A stretch of 54,937 nt of DNA from Elusimicrobiota bacterium (GTDB lineage: Bacteria > CG03 > SLGR01 > JAGXOG01), in contig JBNJDT010000009.1 in the NCBI GenBank assembly GCA_051745145.1, forward strand, positions 1 to 54,937. The letters run 5' to 3'. A program made the translations under genes and the position numbers. This document shows, piece by piece, positions 18,398-28,166 of this stretch. The notes under the pieces are model-generated. The model saw only the letters and a program-made list of their open reading frames with translations. It made no database searches and had not been told where the DNA came from. Numbering within the stretch: position 1 is the stretch's first letter; each line of letters begins with the position of its first letter.

Positions 18398-18979
18398 ATG
18401 ATAAAAATAAATTTACTTCCCAAAGAAATAGAAGAAAAGGCCGCCGCTCGCAAGAAGAGTTTTATAATAGCCGGAATAGTTGTGATGGTTATTGCGGTAT
18501 TCGGGGGGCTTTATTTTGTCAGAGTATCTAAGTTATCTTCTGTAAATGGTAAAATCGATAAAGTTGAAAAGGAATTAAACCAGCTTGAATCGGTAGTTAA
18601 AAAAGTTAACAGCATAAAGAAAAGTAAAGCTCAGCTTGATAAAAAGATTAATGTTATAAAGGATTTGATGGAATCACGGTTACTTTATCCTCTATTTATG
18701 GAGGATATGGCTGCCATAGTACCGTCGGGCGTATGGTTGAAAAATCTGGATACCAGCACCGAGGATTTAAGTTTGCAGTTGAGTATGGGGGTAAATGCCA
18801 TAGATAATTATGCTACGGCGAAGTTTATAAATGCTCTTGAGCAGTCTGAGAAATTTTCTGATATACAGTTCTCGGGTATAAATACAGAAAATAATGATGA
18901 AGGAAAAGAAGTAAGGCAATTTGATCTTACGTGCCGGTATGATAGAGCTGCGGAAGAAGAAGGACAAAAAGAGGACTGA
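18398..18979 (+). CDS. pilN: Type IV pilus assembly protein PilN
   Basis: N-terminal INLLP motif, TM, coiled coil, PSGVWL. Confidence 0.93.
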   Translation: MIKINLLPKEIEEKAAARKKSFIIAGIVVMVIAVFGGLYFVRVSKLSSVNGKIDKVEKELNQLESVVKKVNSIKKSKAQLDKKINVIKDLMESRLLYPLFMEDMAAIVPSGVWLKNLDTSTEDLSLQLSMGVNAIDNYATAKFINALEQSEKFSDIQFSGINTENNDEGKEVRQFDLTCRYDRAAEEEGQKED

Positions 18980-18981
18980 AT

Positions 18982-19542
18982 ATGGGTTTGGAATTAGAAG
19001 TAGGCGAAGTAACTAAACAGCAAAAAATTATTTTAGCCGTACTAGGGGTTATAGGGCTTTTTTATTTATATAGTAATGTTTATGCGCCTATGACAGATAA
19101 AATAGAGGATGCCCAGAAAACTTTAGAGAAGAAAAAATCTGAATTAAGAGAAATGAGACTTCAGGCCCAGCAGCTGGATACTCTGGAAAAAGAATTTGAA
19201 TTACTTGAAAGTCAACTTAAAGAGACAGAAAAAAAATTACCTAAGACTAAAGAATTGCCCCAGTTTATAGAAGGTATAACCGATACGGCTGCTAAATTCG
19301 GGATGGGTGTAAAAACTATTACAGTTTCCAGCAAAGAAAGCAGCGAGTATTACCAGACCCATCCCTATGGATTGAAGTTGGCAGCAAACTACCATACTTT
19401 GGGGGCTTTTTTTACAGAAATAGCCCAGATGGAAAGGATTTTTAATATAAAGAATGTTACTTTTTCGCCTAAAGTTAATGAAGAGGGGGAGGACGTATTG
19501 GAAGCTAATTTTCAAATAGTAGCTTATACATTTAAAGAATGA
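18982..19542 (+). CDS. pilO: Type IV pilus assembly protein PilO
   Basis: TM plus coiled coil, KLP...ELP, YHTLGAFF.EIAQMERI; operon position. Confidence 0.92.
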   Translation: MGLELEVGEVTKQQKIILAVLGVIGLFYLYSNVYAPMTDKIEDAQKTLEKKKSELREMRLQAQQLDTLEKEFELLESQLKETEKKLPKTKELPQFIEGITDTAAKFGMGVKTITVSSKESSEYYQTHPYGLKLAANYHTLGAFFTEIAQMERIFNIKNVTFSPKVNEEGEDVLEANFQIVAYTFKE

Positions 19543-20015
19543 ATAATTATATTTTTAAAAATTGGGCAGTAGCAGCAGCATTAGTTGTATTTTTTCTAGG
19601 ATGTGGGGATTCGGAAGTTAAAGTAACTCGTAATTCCCGGGGAACAGCACAGCAAAAGAATGTAAAAATAGAAAAACCGGAAAAAATAGAGACGCCCGAT
19701 TATGAGTATAAGGGGATTAAGCACCGTTCCCCTTTTTCGAAAAAAGGCGGAACAGGCCGGTCATCCGGCGGAACTTCCGGTACAAATATACCGGGCATAA
19801 ATCCGGAACGGTTGATTGTTTCCGGAGTTATGGAAGATACAAAAGATCAATACGGTATGTTAACCGGCCCGGATGGTTTTTTTATGGTAAAAGACGGAAG
19901 AATTTATAACGAAGATGGAAAAGAAATTCCGGGAGTGGCAGCTATAATAAAGAATCAAAAAGTTGTTTTAATCACGGATGAAAATACAACATACGAATTG
20001 CCGATACCTGAATAA
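19539..20015 (+). CDS. pilP: PilP-like lipoprotein
   Basis: Lipobox FLGC, YEY....RSPF motif, C-terminal beta domain; lies between pilO and pilQ. Confidence 0.7.
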   Translation: MNNYIFKNWAVAAALVVFFLGCGDSEVKVTRNSRGTAQQKNVKIEKPEKIETPDYEYKGIKHRSPFSKKGGTGRSSGGTSGTNIPGINPERLIVSGVMEDTKDQYGMLTGPDGFFMVKDGRIYNEDGKEIPGVAAIIKNQKVVLITDENTTYELPIPE

Positions 20016-20076
20016 AATAATTTATTAAGTAAAGGAAACAAATTTTAATAGTAAATAATTTAATTAGGAGAATATT

Positions 20077-21990
20077 ATGAAAAAATTGACATTAATATTA
20101 GGAGTTTTTGTGTTATTTGCCCGCGCGGTTTTTATACCGGGGCCGGTAAAAGCCGAGGAGGATAAAAATTCTTGGGAAGAATTAATTAATGTAAAAGTAG
20201 TTGAACAGACTGACACAGCTGACCGGATAGTAGTTGAGACTACGGATGAGGTAAAGTTCCATGTTTTTGAAGTATCCAATCCCCCCCGGTTAGTACTAGA
20301 GATGGTGGGTACGGTTCACAACTGGGGTCAGGAGGATATGGAAGTTAATGGAAATTTAATTAAAAGAATCCGTTCCGGACAGTATAAAAATGATCCCGTT
20401 AAAATAACAAGAGTGGTTTTAGATATGGCCCGAAAAGATTTTAATTACGATCAGGTGACTACTAAAAATCAGATATCTATTTCCGCCAGTTTAAATCAAT
20501 CAGATTTAGAAAAAAAATCTGCAGAAAAAAAGGAAAAAGAAGAATCCAAAGAAGAGGCTGCAAAGAAGAAAGAGCCAGAGAAAGAGACTACAGAGACATT
20601 TAGCTTAGAGCCTAATGTGCCGACTGAAGAGCATAAAGAAAAAATTTCAAAGATAAAAAACAGTAAGAAAAAACGGGCCCAAATGAAACAGGAAAGATTA
20701 GAAAAAATATCCGAGATTTCGGAGGAAGTTGCGAAATTTGATTTAGAAAAAACTCTGGGAAATGAACCGGTAAATTTTAATTTTAAAGATGCAAATATTC
20801 TGGATATTCTGCGTTCATTTGAAATGAAGATGGATGTAAACATAATTCCGGCAAAAAATGTCAGCGGGGAAGTTACCTTAAGATTAAATGAAGTACCGTT
20901 CTACGATGCTTTTAATATTTTAATGGATAGAATGGACCTTGTTGCTCTCCAGCCCCGGCCCAATGTTATAAGAGTTATGCCCAAAGAAGATATTCCCACT
21001 CAGAGGGAGACAATAAATTTAACTAACCGTAAAGCCGATGATATTAAAACAACTTTGAGCGGTTTGCTTTCTTCCGAAGAACAGGAAAATACAACAATTG
21101 GCGTAGATGCAATGTCCAACGCTCTTATTGTTTCAGCCCCCTCATCAGTATTAAATAAGATAAAAGTTTTGACAGACCAGCTGGATATTAAATCTCCGCA
21201 GATTAAAATTAAGGCCAGATTGATAGAAGTAAGCGCCGGGGATGAGCTTTTGACTGATATGACATGGGCCTCTTCTGTCCCCATGGATATGCCGGAAGAA
21301 TACAATGCCGATACGGGAGAATATGAGAAGGTTCCCGCCGATGCTGAAAAAAGGCTGAGAGCCGGTCGGGATTTGGAGCCGTACGGAGTGGATGACGATA
21401 AAAATATTGATCCTTCCGGGGTATTAGAAAGTTTTGGCGGTTCAGGCGGGGTTATTGATTTTTCGGCAATTCTTGATGAGACCCAGGTATACGGACTATT
21501 GAATCTTTTATCTTCCGATGAGGAAGCAAAGACTTTATCTGAACCCACAATAATGACTGAAAACAATAAACAGGCTTCAATACATGTGGGACAAAATTTA
21601 CCTGTTAGAACCCGGCAGGTCACTGACACAGGGACAACAGAAGATATACAATTTATACAGGAAGGTGTGAATTTACAGGTTACGCCCATGGTCTCTCCGG
21701 GTAGTGAACAGATATCGTTACTGGTAAATATAAATGTTTCTGAATTGACAGGATATGAGGCCGATAATCCGGTTACAACAGAAAGGACAGCCAATACGCA
21801 AATTACTATAGAAAGCGGGAAGACAGTTGTGATAGGCGGCCTTATTAAAGAAAGTACGTCCAAGTCCGAATCCGGAATACCGATATTGAAAGATATCCCC
21901 CTGCTGGGATATCTTTTTAAAAATACGCGTGAAGAAAAAAGCAGAAGAGAACTGTTAATATTTCTTTCCCCTGAGCTGATAATAAGTTAA
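20077..21990 (+). CDS. pilQ: Type IV pilus secretin PilQ (AMIN + N domains + secretin)
   Basis: AMIN (NPPRLVLE, RVVLD), NFKDANI, QIKIKARLIEV, GIPILKDIPLLGYLF, ELLIFLSP. Confidence 0.95.
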   Translation: MKKLTLILGVFVLFARAVFIPGPVKAEEDKNSWEELINVKVVEQTDTADRIVVETTDEVKFHVFEVSNPPRLVLEMVGTVHNWGQEDMEVNGNLIKRIRSGQYKNDPVKITRVVLDMARKDFNYDQVTTKNQISISASLNQSDLEKKSAEKKEKEESKEEAAKKKEPEKETTETFSLEPNVPTEEHKEKISKIKNSKKKRAQMKQERLEKISEISEEVAKFDLEKTLGNEPVNFNFKDANILDILRSFEMKMDVNIIPAKNVSGEVTLRLNEVPFYDAFNILMDRMDLVALQPRPNVIRVMPKEDIPTQRETINLTNRKADDIKTTLSGLLSSEEQENTTIGVDAMSNALIVSAPSSVLNKIKVLTDQLDIKSPQIKIKARLIEVSAGDELLTDMTWASSVPMDMPEEYNADTGEYEKVPADAEKRLRAGRDLEPYGVDDDKNIDPSGVLESFGGSGGVIDFSAILDETQVYGLLNLLSSDEEAKTLSEPTIMTENNKQASIHVGQNLPVRTRQVTDTGTTEDIQFIQEGVNLQVTPMVSPGSEQISLLVNINVSELTGYEADNPVTTERTANTQITIESGKTVVIGGLIKESTSKSESGIPILKDIPLLGYLFKNTREEKSRRELLIFLSPELIIS

Positions 21991-22003
21991 AAATAAAACA
22001 GTA

Positions 22004-22594
22004 ATGAAAGCGGAAAGCCTGATAGAAAGCGGAAGGGAATGCTTAAAAGTAAAAGATTTTCATCAGGCTCTCAGAGAATTTAAGAAAGCAGTTAAAGAAG
22101 ATGAGAAGAACACCCTGGCTTATGAATATTTAGCCCGGGTTTATTTAAAACTGGGTGAAAAAGAGAAAAAGGGCTTTTTTTTTCAACTGGCCGAAGAGTC
22201 AATACGAAAAGCAATAAAACTTGAACCGTATACTCCTGAATTTCATAATATTCTAATAAATATAAAGACAAAGACGGGGACTTTAGATGAGCTGAGCCGT
22301 GAATATCGCCGGAAAAAAGAAAGTAATTCAAATAAAATCTATGAAACCCTGCTGGAAAAGATTAAAGCAGTCGGCGTTATATCAATACCGGATAATGTTC
22401 CGGAAAAGCCCGTAAAATCTAATATTCTCCTTTTTTTAAATTACATAATAATGCCCTTAGTAACGGCGGTGGGGGTTATAGCCTGGTTTCATCCTTATTT
22501 AGAGAGTTTGAAACTGCCCATTTTAATTGTGATAATGGGGTATATACTGGCTAGAATTTTAAGTAAACCTAAGATAAAAAAGGATAAGTGGTAG
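22004..22594 (+). CDS. TPR protein with two C-terminal TM helices
   Basis: TPR-like ALREFKKAV..D, AYEYLARVYLKLG, KAIKLEP; hydrophobic hairpin at the C terminus. Confidence 0.75.
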   Translation: MKAESLIESGRECLKVKDFHQALREFKKAVKEDEKNTLAYEYLARVYLKLGEKEKKGFFFQLAEESIRKAIKLEPYTPEFHNILINIKTKTGTLDELSREYRRKKESNSNKIYETLLEKIKAVGVISIPDNVPEKPVKSNILLFLNYIIMPLVTAVGVIAWFHPYLESLKLPILIVIMGYILARILSKPKIKKDKW

Positions 22595-22631
22595 ATATGG
22601 CAACTCCAAATAAAATATAATATAGAAAGAT

Positions 22632-23714
22632 ATGTCTATACCTTTATGGATAAAAAATTTAGATAAAGTAAGCACCGGTGAAAACCATCTTTTAATTATT
22701 CATCACTGGGATACCGACGGTATATGTTCAGCCGCAATATTTAAACAGTTTATAAGAGAAAGTGCGGGTAATTTGGATATTGACTGTATAGTTCCGGTCA
22801 TGGGGACATACGAGTTAAAACCGGATAATTTTTTTAAAAACGGCAATATACATATTCCGGAAGATAAAAAATATGGTGTAATAGTTATACTGGACTATTC
22901 GGTTCCCGCCCGGGATATTATTAATTTAAAGGATAAATACGGGGTACCAGTTATAGTGTATGATCATCATTTAAGAGAGCCGGTGGAAAGTAAGAGAGTC
23001 TCCTATAATAATCCGGTTGGACAGGGGGAACCCGGAGAGAACTGGCCCTCATGCACCTGGGTCCTTAAAGAGAAACTCAACCGGGATATGTCTGATCTTG
23101 TTTTACTGGGGATCGCCGGTGATCTGGAAGAAAGGTTTGCTCCGGAAGGTTTTCAGAAATTTCCTGAAGTTCGGGAATATCTTAAAAAGACCGGCAACAG
23201 ATACAAAGATTATGTAAAAGCTAAAGATTTTATAGATATTCATTACAAGGAAAACGACCGGGAAATGTTAAAAAAAATTTCCGAGGAAGTTCTCAAATTA
23301 AACGGTAATCCCGATAAAATTATGGCCCAAGATGATTGGCGAAAAAAGCAGGATGATCATTTAAAATATTTAAATGAATTGGTCCAAAGAGCCCCCGATG
23401 ATAATATAGATAAAATCCTGGAAATACACCGGGTGGACTCTTCTAAAAACATAATATCCACTCTGACCCGTAGGCTGGCCGCAAAAACCGATTATAAATA
23501 TGTTATGGTAATTAATACCGGTTTCTTTGATAACCGGACCCAAATTTATGTCCGTAGAAATTCTAATTTAAAGAAGGGTGATACAAAATTTTTCAAACAG
23601 GCAGCAAATTCTTTAGAAGGCCAGGCCGGTGGGAAAACAGAAGTAGCCGGAATTATTTTACCCGATGAAAAATTATCCCGGTTTATAAATAAAGTAAAAG
23701 CTCATTATGAATAA
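22632..23714 (+). CDS. DHH-family phosphoesterase
   Basis: HHWDTDG, ILDY, YDHH, C-terminal DHHA1-like AGGK..VAG. Confidence 0.85.
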   Translation: MSIPLWIKNLDKVSTGENHLLIIHHWDTDGICSAAIFKQFIRESAGNLDIDCIVPVMGTYELKPDNFFKNGNIHIPEDKKYGVIVILDYSVPARDIINLKDKYGVPVIVYDHHLREPVESKRVSYNNPVGQGEPGENWPSCTWVLKEKLNRDMSDLVLLGIAGDLEERFAPEGFQKFPEVREYLKKTGNRYKDYVKAKDFIDIHYKENDREMLKKISEEVLKLNGNPDKIMAQDDWRKKQDDHLKYLNELVQRAPDDNIDKILEIHRVDSSKNIISTLTRRLAAKTDYKYVMVINTGFFDNRTQIYVRRNSNLKKGDTKFFKQAANSLEGQAGGKTEVAGIILPDEKLSRFINKVKAHYE

Positions 23715-25092
23715 AAAAGTCCTCCTTATAGGCTGGGACTGCGGTGCCCCCGGGCTGGTGTTTGACCGGTATAAGGAAGAATTACCCAATGTTAAAAAAA
23801 TTATGAAAGAAGGAGTCTGGGGGGATCTTCAGAGCGTTGTCCCCCCGATAACAATTCCTGCCTGGCGGTCCATGGTAACCGGGAAAACTCCCGGAGAACT
23901 TGGCAGATGGGGGTTTAGGAGCAGGCATGGCTATTCTTATGAAGATTTTGATATAGCGTTATCTTCTGATTTAGACCGGGATGCCATTTGGGATAAGCTG
24001 GAGACTGAAGAGTTAAAATCCATATGCTCCGGAATTCCTCCCTCGTTTCCCCCCTATAGAATAAACGGTAATTTAATAGGCGGATTTCTCACGCCCGATA
24101 CGGATAAAAGATATACTTATCCGGAAAGTTTAAAAGAGGAAATTGAAGATTTAGTCGGGGAATATCCGGTAGATACAGAATTCAGAGTGGAAGACAAAGA
24201 CCGGATAAAAGAGAGCGCATTTGATATGGCTGAAAAACATTTTAAGGTCTTAGAATACCTCATTAGAGAAAAAGAGTGGAACTTTGCCATGCATGTAGAG
24301 ATCGGGCTGGACAGAGTACAGCATGCTTTCTGGAGATACTTTGATGAGAAACATCACCTGTACGAACCGGATTCTGAGTATAAAAATGTTATTAGAGATT
24401 ACTATAAGTTGCTTGATAAATGGCTGGGCCGGATTATGAATATAATAGATGAGGATACCCTTTTGCTGGTAGCTTCTGACCACGGGGCTAAAAGGATGAA
24501 GGGCTGTTTTTGTGTAAACCAGTGGCTTAACGATATAGGTTATTTAAAATTTAAAGGAAAACCTGAAGAAGGTACCAGAATACAGGAGGCCGGGATTAAC
24601 TGGAAAAAAACAAAGGCCTGGGGCTGGGGCGGATATTATTCAAGAATATTTTTTAACGTAAAAGGAAGAGAAGAAAACGGAAGAATAAAACCTAAAAAAC
24701 TGGATAAGGAAATAAAAAAGCTCAGAAAAAAGATTAAAAATGTAAAAGGACCTGATGGACAAAAATGGGATACAAGGGTATACAAACCGGGAGAAGTTTA
24801 CAAAAACCCCCGGGGACAGGGCCCGGATTTGATGGTATTCTGGGACAACTTAAACAGGCGTTCGGCGGGTACCCTGGGCCACGATACAATGTATTTATCC
24901 CAAAACGACACCGGGCCGGACGACGGGGTTCACGACTGGAAGGGTATTTTAATGGGCTGGAAAAAGGGATGGCGCAAAGGCAGGAAATTAGAGGGTTCTG
25001 ATTTACTGGATATTTATCCTACGGTGATGAAGTATTTGGATATTGGGGATTATTTTTTGGGAAATGGAAAAAGTATTGAGGAGTTAATATAA
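23707..25092 (+). CDS. Alkaline-phosphatase-superfamily protein (type I phosphodiesterase/nucleotide pyrophosphatase, COG3379-like), cytoplasmic
   Basis: IGWDC, PPITIPAW (Thr nucleophile), DRVQH, ASDHG, DDGVH; no signal peptide. Confidence 0.88.
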   Translation: MNKKVLLIGWDCGAPGLVFDRYKEELPNVKKIMKEGVWGDLQSVVPPITIPAWRSMVTGKTPGELGRWGFRSRHGYSYEDFDIALSSDLDRDAIWDKLETEELKSICSGIPPSFPPYRINGNLIGGFLTPDTDKRYTYPESLKEEIEDLVGEYPVDTEFRVEDKDRIKESAFDMAEKHFKVLEYLIREKEWNFAMHVEIGLDRVQHAFWRYFDEKHHLYEPDSEYKNVIRDYYKLLDKWLGRIMNIIDEDTLLLVASDHGAKRMKGCFCVNQWLNDIGYLKFKGKPEEGTRIQEAGINWKKTKAWGWGGYYSRIFFNVKGREENGRIKPKKLDKEIKKLRKKIKNVKGPDGQKWDTRVYKPGEVYKNPRGQGPDLMVFWDNLNRRSAGTLGHDTMYLSQNDTGPDDGVHDWKGILMGWKKGWRKGRKLEGSDLLDIYPTVMKYLDIGDYFLGNGKSIEELI

Positions 25093-25106
25093 TTAGGTAT
25101 TAAAAA

Positions 25107-25694
25107 ATGAGTACTGAAAATAAAAAATATTTTGCCCACACCACTGCTCAGGTAGAAGACGGGGCCCGAATAGGCAGGGGAACAAAGATATGGAATAATT
25201 CCCATGTTATGCCCGGCGCGTCAATTGGGAAAAACTGCATCCTGGGCCAGAATATATTTGTAGGGGGCAAAGCCCGGGTGGGCGACAATGTAAAAATACA
25301 AAATAATGTTTCGGTATATGATGATGTAATTATAGAAGACGACTGCTTTGTCGGTCCTTCGGCTGTATTTACAAATGTAATTAATCCCCGGGCATTCATA
25401 GAGAGAAAAGATGAATTTATGAAAACCGTCCTTAAAAAGGGAGCTACCGTGGGAGCTAACGCCACGGTGGTTTGCGGCACAACTTTAGGGAGGTATTCTT
25501 TTGCCGGGGCCGGGAGTGTGGTAACAAAAGATATGAAAGATTTCTGGCTCTCTTATGGCAATCCCGCCCGCCACCGGGGTTTTGTATGCAAGTGCGGGGT
25601 AAAACTTAATTTTAACGGGGAGAGGACCAGCTGTAAATGCGGGAGCAAATACAGGAAAGTCTCACCGGAAGTGATTAAATTAATAGATAAGTAG
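25107..25694 (+). CDS. Hexapeptide-repeat N-acetyltransferase, WbpD/WlbB-like (nucleotide amino-sugar)
   Basis: IGRGTKIW..SHV, GQN, VKIQNNVSVY, FTNVINPRA, GNPAR, C-terminal CKCG..CKCG. Confidence 0.88.
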   Translation: MSTENKKYFAHTTAQVEDGARIGRGTKIWNNSHVMPGASIGKNCILGQNIFVGGKARVGDNVKIQNNVSVYDDVIIEDDCFVGPSAVFTNVINPRAFIERKDEFMKTVLKKGATVGANATVVCGTTLGRYSFAGAGSVVTKDMKDFWLSYGNPARHRGFVCKCGVKLNFNGERTSCKCGSKYRKVSPEVIKLIDK

Positions 25695-25703
25695 AGAGAA
25701 AAT

Positions 25704-25732
25704 TTGACAGGGTGTTATATTACTAATATACT
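25704..25732 (+). promoter_or_regulatory. sigma70 promoter upstream of cysD
   Basis: TTGACA-N17-TATACT. Confidence 0.65.
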
Positions 25733-25871
25733 AATAATTTATTATTAATAAATACATTTAACAAGTTGAATAAAGTGATAAGAAATACTGTAAAATTTGA
25801 AAAAGGATAATTGAGTTTGCTATATTACGCTATTATGAAAAAAATAAATTCAAGAAATCAGGAGAGATAAT

Positions 25872-26780
25872 ATGAGTTCCGGTTATAAATTATCATATCT
25901 GGATATATTAGAGTCGGAGAGCATACATATAATACGTGAAGTATGGGCCCAGTTTGAAAAACCGGTTCTATTATATTCAATCGGAAAGGATTCCAGTGTG
26001 CTTTTGCGCCTGGTACAGAAAGCTTTTTATCCGGACAAAATACCTTTTCCCGTACTTCACGTGGATACTTCCTATAAATTTACAGAGATGACTGAATTCA
26101 GGGACCGGATTGCCGAGGAAGAAAATCTTAATCTTATAGTCCACAGAAATGAAGACTACATTGAAAAGGGTATGCATCCATCTAAATACGGAATGGACAA
26201 GTGCTGTAAGTTTTTAAAGACCCAGGCCCTTTTAAATGCTCTTAAAAAACATGAATTTGACGCGGCTATAGGGGGAGCCCGCAGGGAAGAAGAAAAATCC
26301 AGAGCTAAAGAGAGAATTTTTTCTTTCAGAGATGATTTCGGTGCCTGGGATCCTAAAAACCAGCGACCCGAACTGTGGAGTATATATAATTCTAATATTG
26401 ATCCCGGAGAATCTGTACGGGTTTTCCCTCTTTCCAACTGGACGGAAATTGATATCTGGGAGTATATAAAAAGAGAGAATATTGAAATAGTGCCTCTTTA
26501 TTATGCTAAAAAAAGAAAAATAATAAGAAGGAACGGCCTTATAATTTTGGCTGATGAATTTAATGAACCCAGAGAAGATGAAAAAGTTGAGGAAGTCAGT
26601 GTACGGTTTAGAACTTTAGGGTGTTCGCCGTGCTCGGGGGCCATAGAATCTACAGCCCGTACCGTAGATGAGATAATTGAAGAAGTTATGACAGCGGTCC
26701 GTTCTGAACGGGAAAACAGGGCTATTGATTATGAAACCGAGGGTTCCATGGAAGATAAGAAAAAAGAAGGGTATTTTTAA
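25872..26780 (+). CDS. cysD: Sulfate adenylyltransferase subunit 2
   Basis: [58 protein letters not shown]. Confidence 0.97.
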   Translation: MSSGYKLSYLDILESESIHIIREVWAQFEKPVLLYSIGKDSSVLLRLVQKAFYPDKIPFPVLHVDTSYKFTEMTEFRDRIAEEENLNLIVHRNEDYIEKGMHPSKYGMDKCCKFLKTQALLNALKKHEFDAAIGGARREEEKSRAKERIFSFRDDFGAWDPKNQRPELWSIYNSNIDPGESVRVFPLSNWTEIDIWEYIKRENIEIVPLYYAKKRKIIRRNGLIILADEFNEPREDEKVEEVSVRFRTLGCSPCSGAIESTARTVDEIIEEVMTAVRSERENRAIDYETEGSMEDKKKEGYF

Positions 26781-26782
26781 AG

Positions 26783-28075
26783 ATGACTCCCCAGGTAACG
26801 GATAAAAAAGATTTACTGAGATTTGTGACCGCCGGCAGTATAGACGACGGAAAATCTACATTGATAGGCCGGATGCTGTATGAAGCCAAGGGAATATATA
26901 AGGATAAGATGGCTTCGATAAAAGAAATAGCTAAGAACAGGGGAGATGAGCAGATTGATTTTTCTCTTCTTGTGGACGGACTTAAATCCGAAAGAGAACA
27001 GGGGATTACAATAGATGTAGCCTACCGGTATTTTTCAACCCCGAAAAGGAAATTTATTATTGCCGATTCACCGGGACATGTTCAGTACACCCGGAATATG
27101 GTTACCGCAGCGTCCACCGCGGATTTAGCAGTAGTTTTAGTAGATGCCCGGAAAGGTGTTTTAGAACAGACCAAGAGACACTCGTTTATTGCTACGCTTT
27201 TGGATATCCCTCATCTGCTTTTGGTGGTAAATAAAATGGATCTGGTGGATTATTCCCGGGATGTATATGAGGAAATAAAAGAAGACTATCTTGAGTTTTC
27301 CTCCCGGCTTAAGATTCATGACATACAGGCTATGCCCATATCCGCTCTTAAGGGAGATATGGTAGTTAACCGGGGGGATAATCTGGACTGGTACGAAGGA
27401 CGTACTTTTTTGCAGTACCTGGAAAATGTAAATATAGTTTCGGACCGGAACCTTATAGATTTCAGGTTTCCGGTTCAGACCGTTATACGGCCCGATCTTG
27501 ATTTTAGGGGGTATGCTGGTAGGATAGAATCGGGTGTAATAAGTGTGGGAAACGATGTGGCCGTACTCCCATCCGGGAAAAAGAGTCACGTAAAATCAAT
27601 AGTAACTTATGACGGCGAGCAGGAAGAAGCGTATACTCCCCAGTCCGTAGTTATTACCCTGGAGGATGAGATTGATATAAGCGGGGGAGATATGATTGTC
27701 CGCCAGCGGAACGTCCCCAAGATTAAATCCGAATTTGAAGCTGAAATTTGCTGGATGACCGAAGAACCAATGGAAGAAGGTGGGCGGTATCTTATAAAAC
27801 ATACCAGCAATACGGTGCACGCTATTTTAAAAGAGCTCAGGTATAAGATCGATATAAATACACTGCACAGGCAGGAAGCGGATGAATTGGGGCTGAATGA
27901 TATCGGACGTGTAATAATAAAGACCCAGCAGCCTTTAATGATTGATCCATACACCCGTAACCATTCCACCGGTTCTTTTATTATCATAGATGAGCTTACC
28001 AATACTACAGCCGGGGCCGGTATAATATGGTACTCTTCTTCTCCCCTGCCGGAAGATGAAGATAAAAATAAATAA
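26783..28075 (+). CDS. cysN: Sulfate adenylyltransferase subunit 1 (GTPase), no fused APS kinase
   Basis: GSIDDGKSTLIGR, EREQGITIDVAYRYF, DSPGH, NKMD, GSFIIIDE..N.T.GAG; ends at 430 aa. Confidence 0.96.
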   Translation: MTPQVTDKKDLLRFVTAGSIDDGKSTLIGRMLYEAKGIYKDKMASIKEIAKNRGDEQIDFSLLVDGLKSEREQGITIDVAYRYFSTPKRKFIIADSPGHVQYTRNMVTAASTADLAVVLVDARKGVLEQTKRHSFIATLLDIPHLLLVVNKMDLVDYSRDVYEEIKEDYLEFSSRLKIHDIQAMPISALKGDMVVNRGDNLDWYEGRTFLQYLENVNIVSDRNLIDFRFPVQTVIRPDLDFRGYAGRIESGVISVGNDVAVLPSGKKSHVKSIVTYDGEQEEAYTPQSVVITLEDEIDISGGDMIVRQRNVPKIKSEFEAEICWMTEEPMEEGGRYLIKHTSNTVHAILKELRYKIDINTLHRQEADELGLNDIGRVIIKTQQPLMIDPYTRNHSTGSFIIIDELTNTTAGAGIIWYSSSPLPEDEDKNK

Positions 28076-28166
28076 CTTGATATTAAACAGTTTATCATAT
28101 ATCATAATAATTCAGGGTTGATTTAAAAAGAAGAATACTTAGTAGATAAAAACACGGAGGTTGTAG

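Noticed and set aside
21000..21863. 287-aa minus-strand ORF
   Set aside because: Antisense shadow of pilQ, with Ser/Ile/Phe-rich composition and no motifs.
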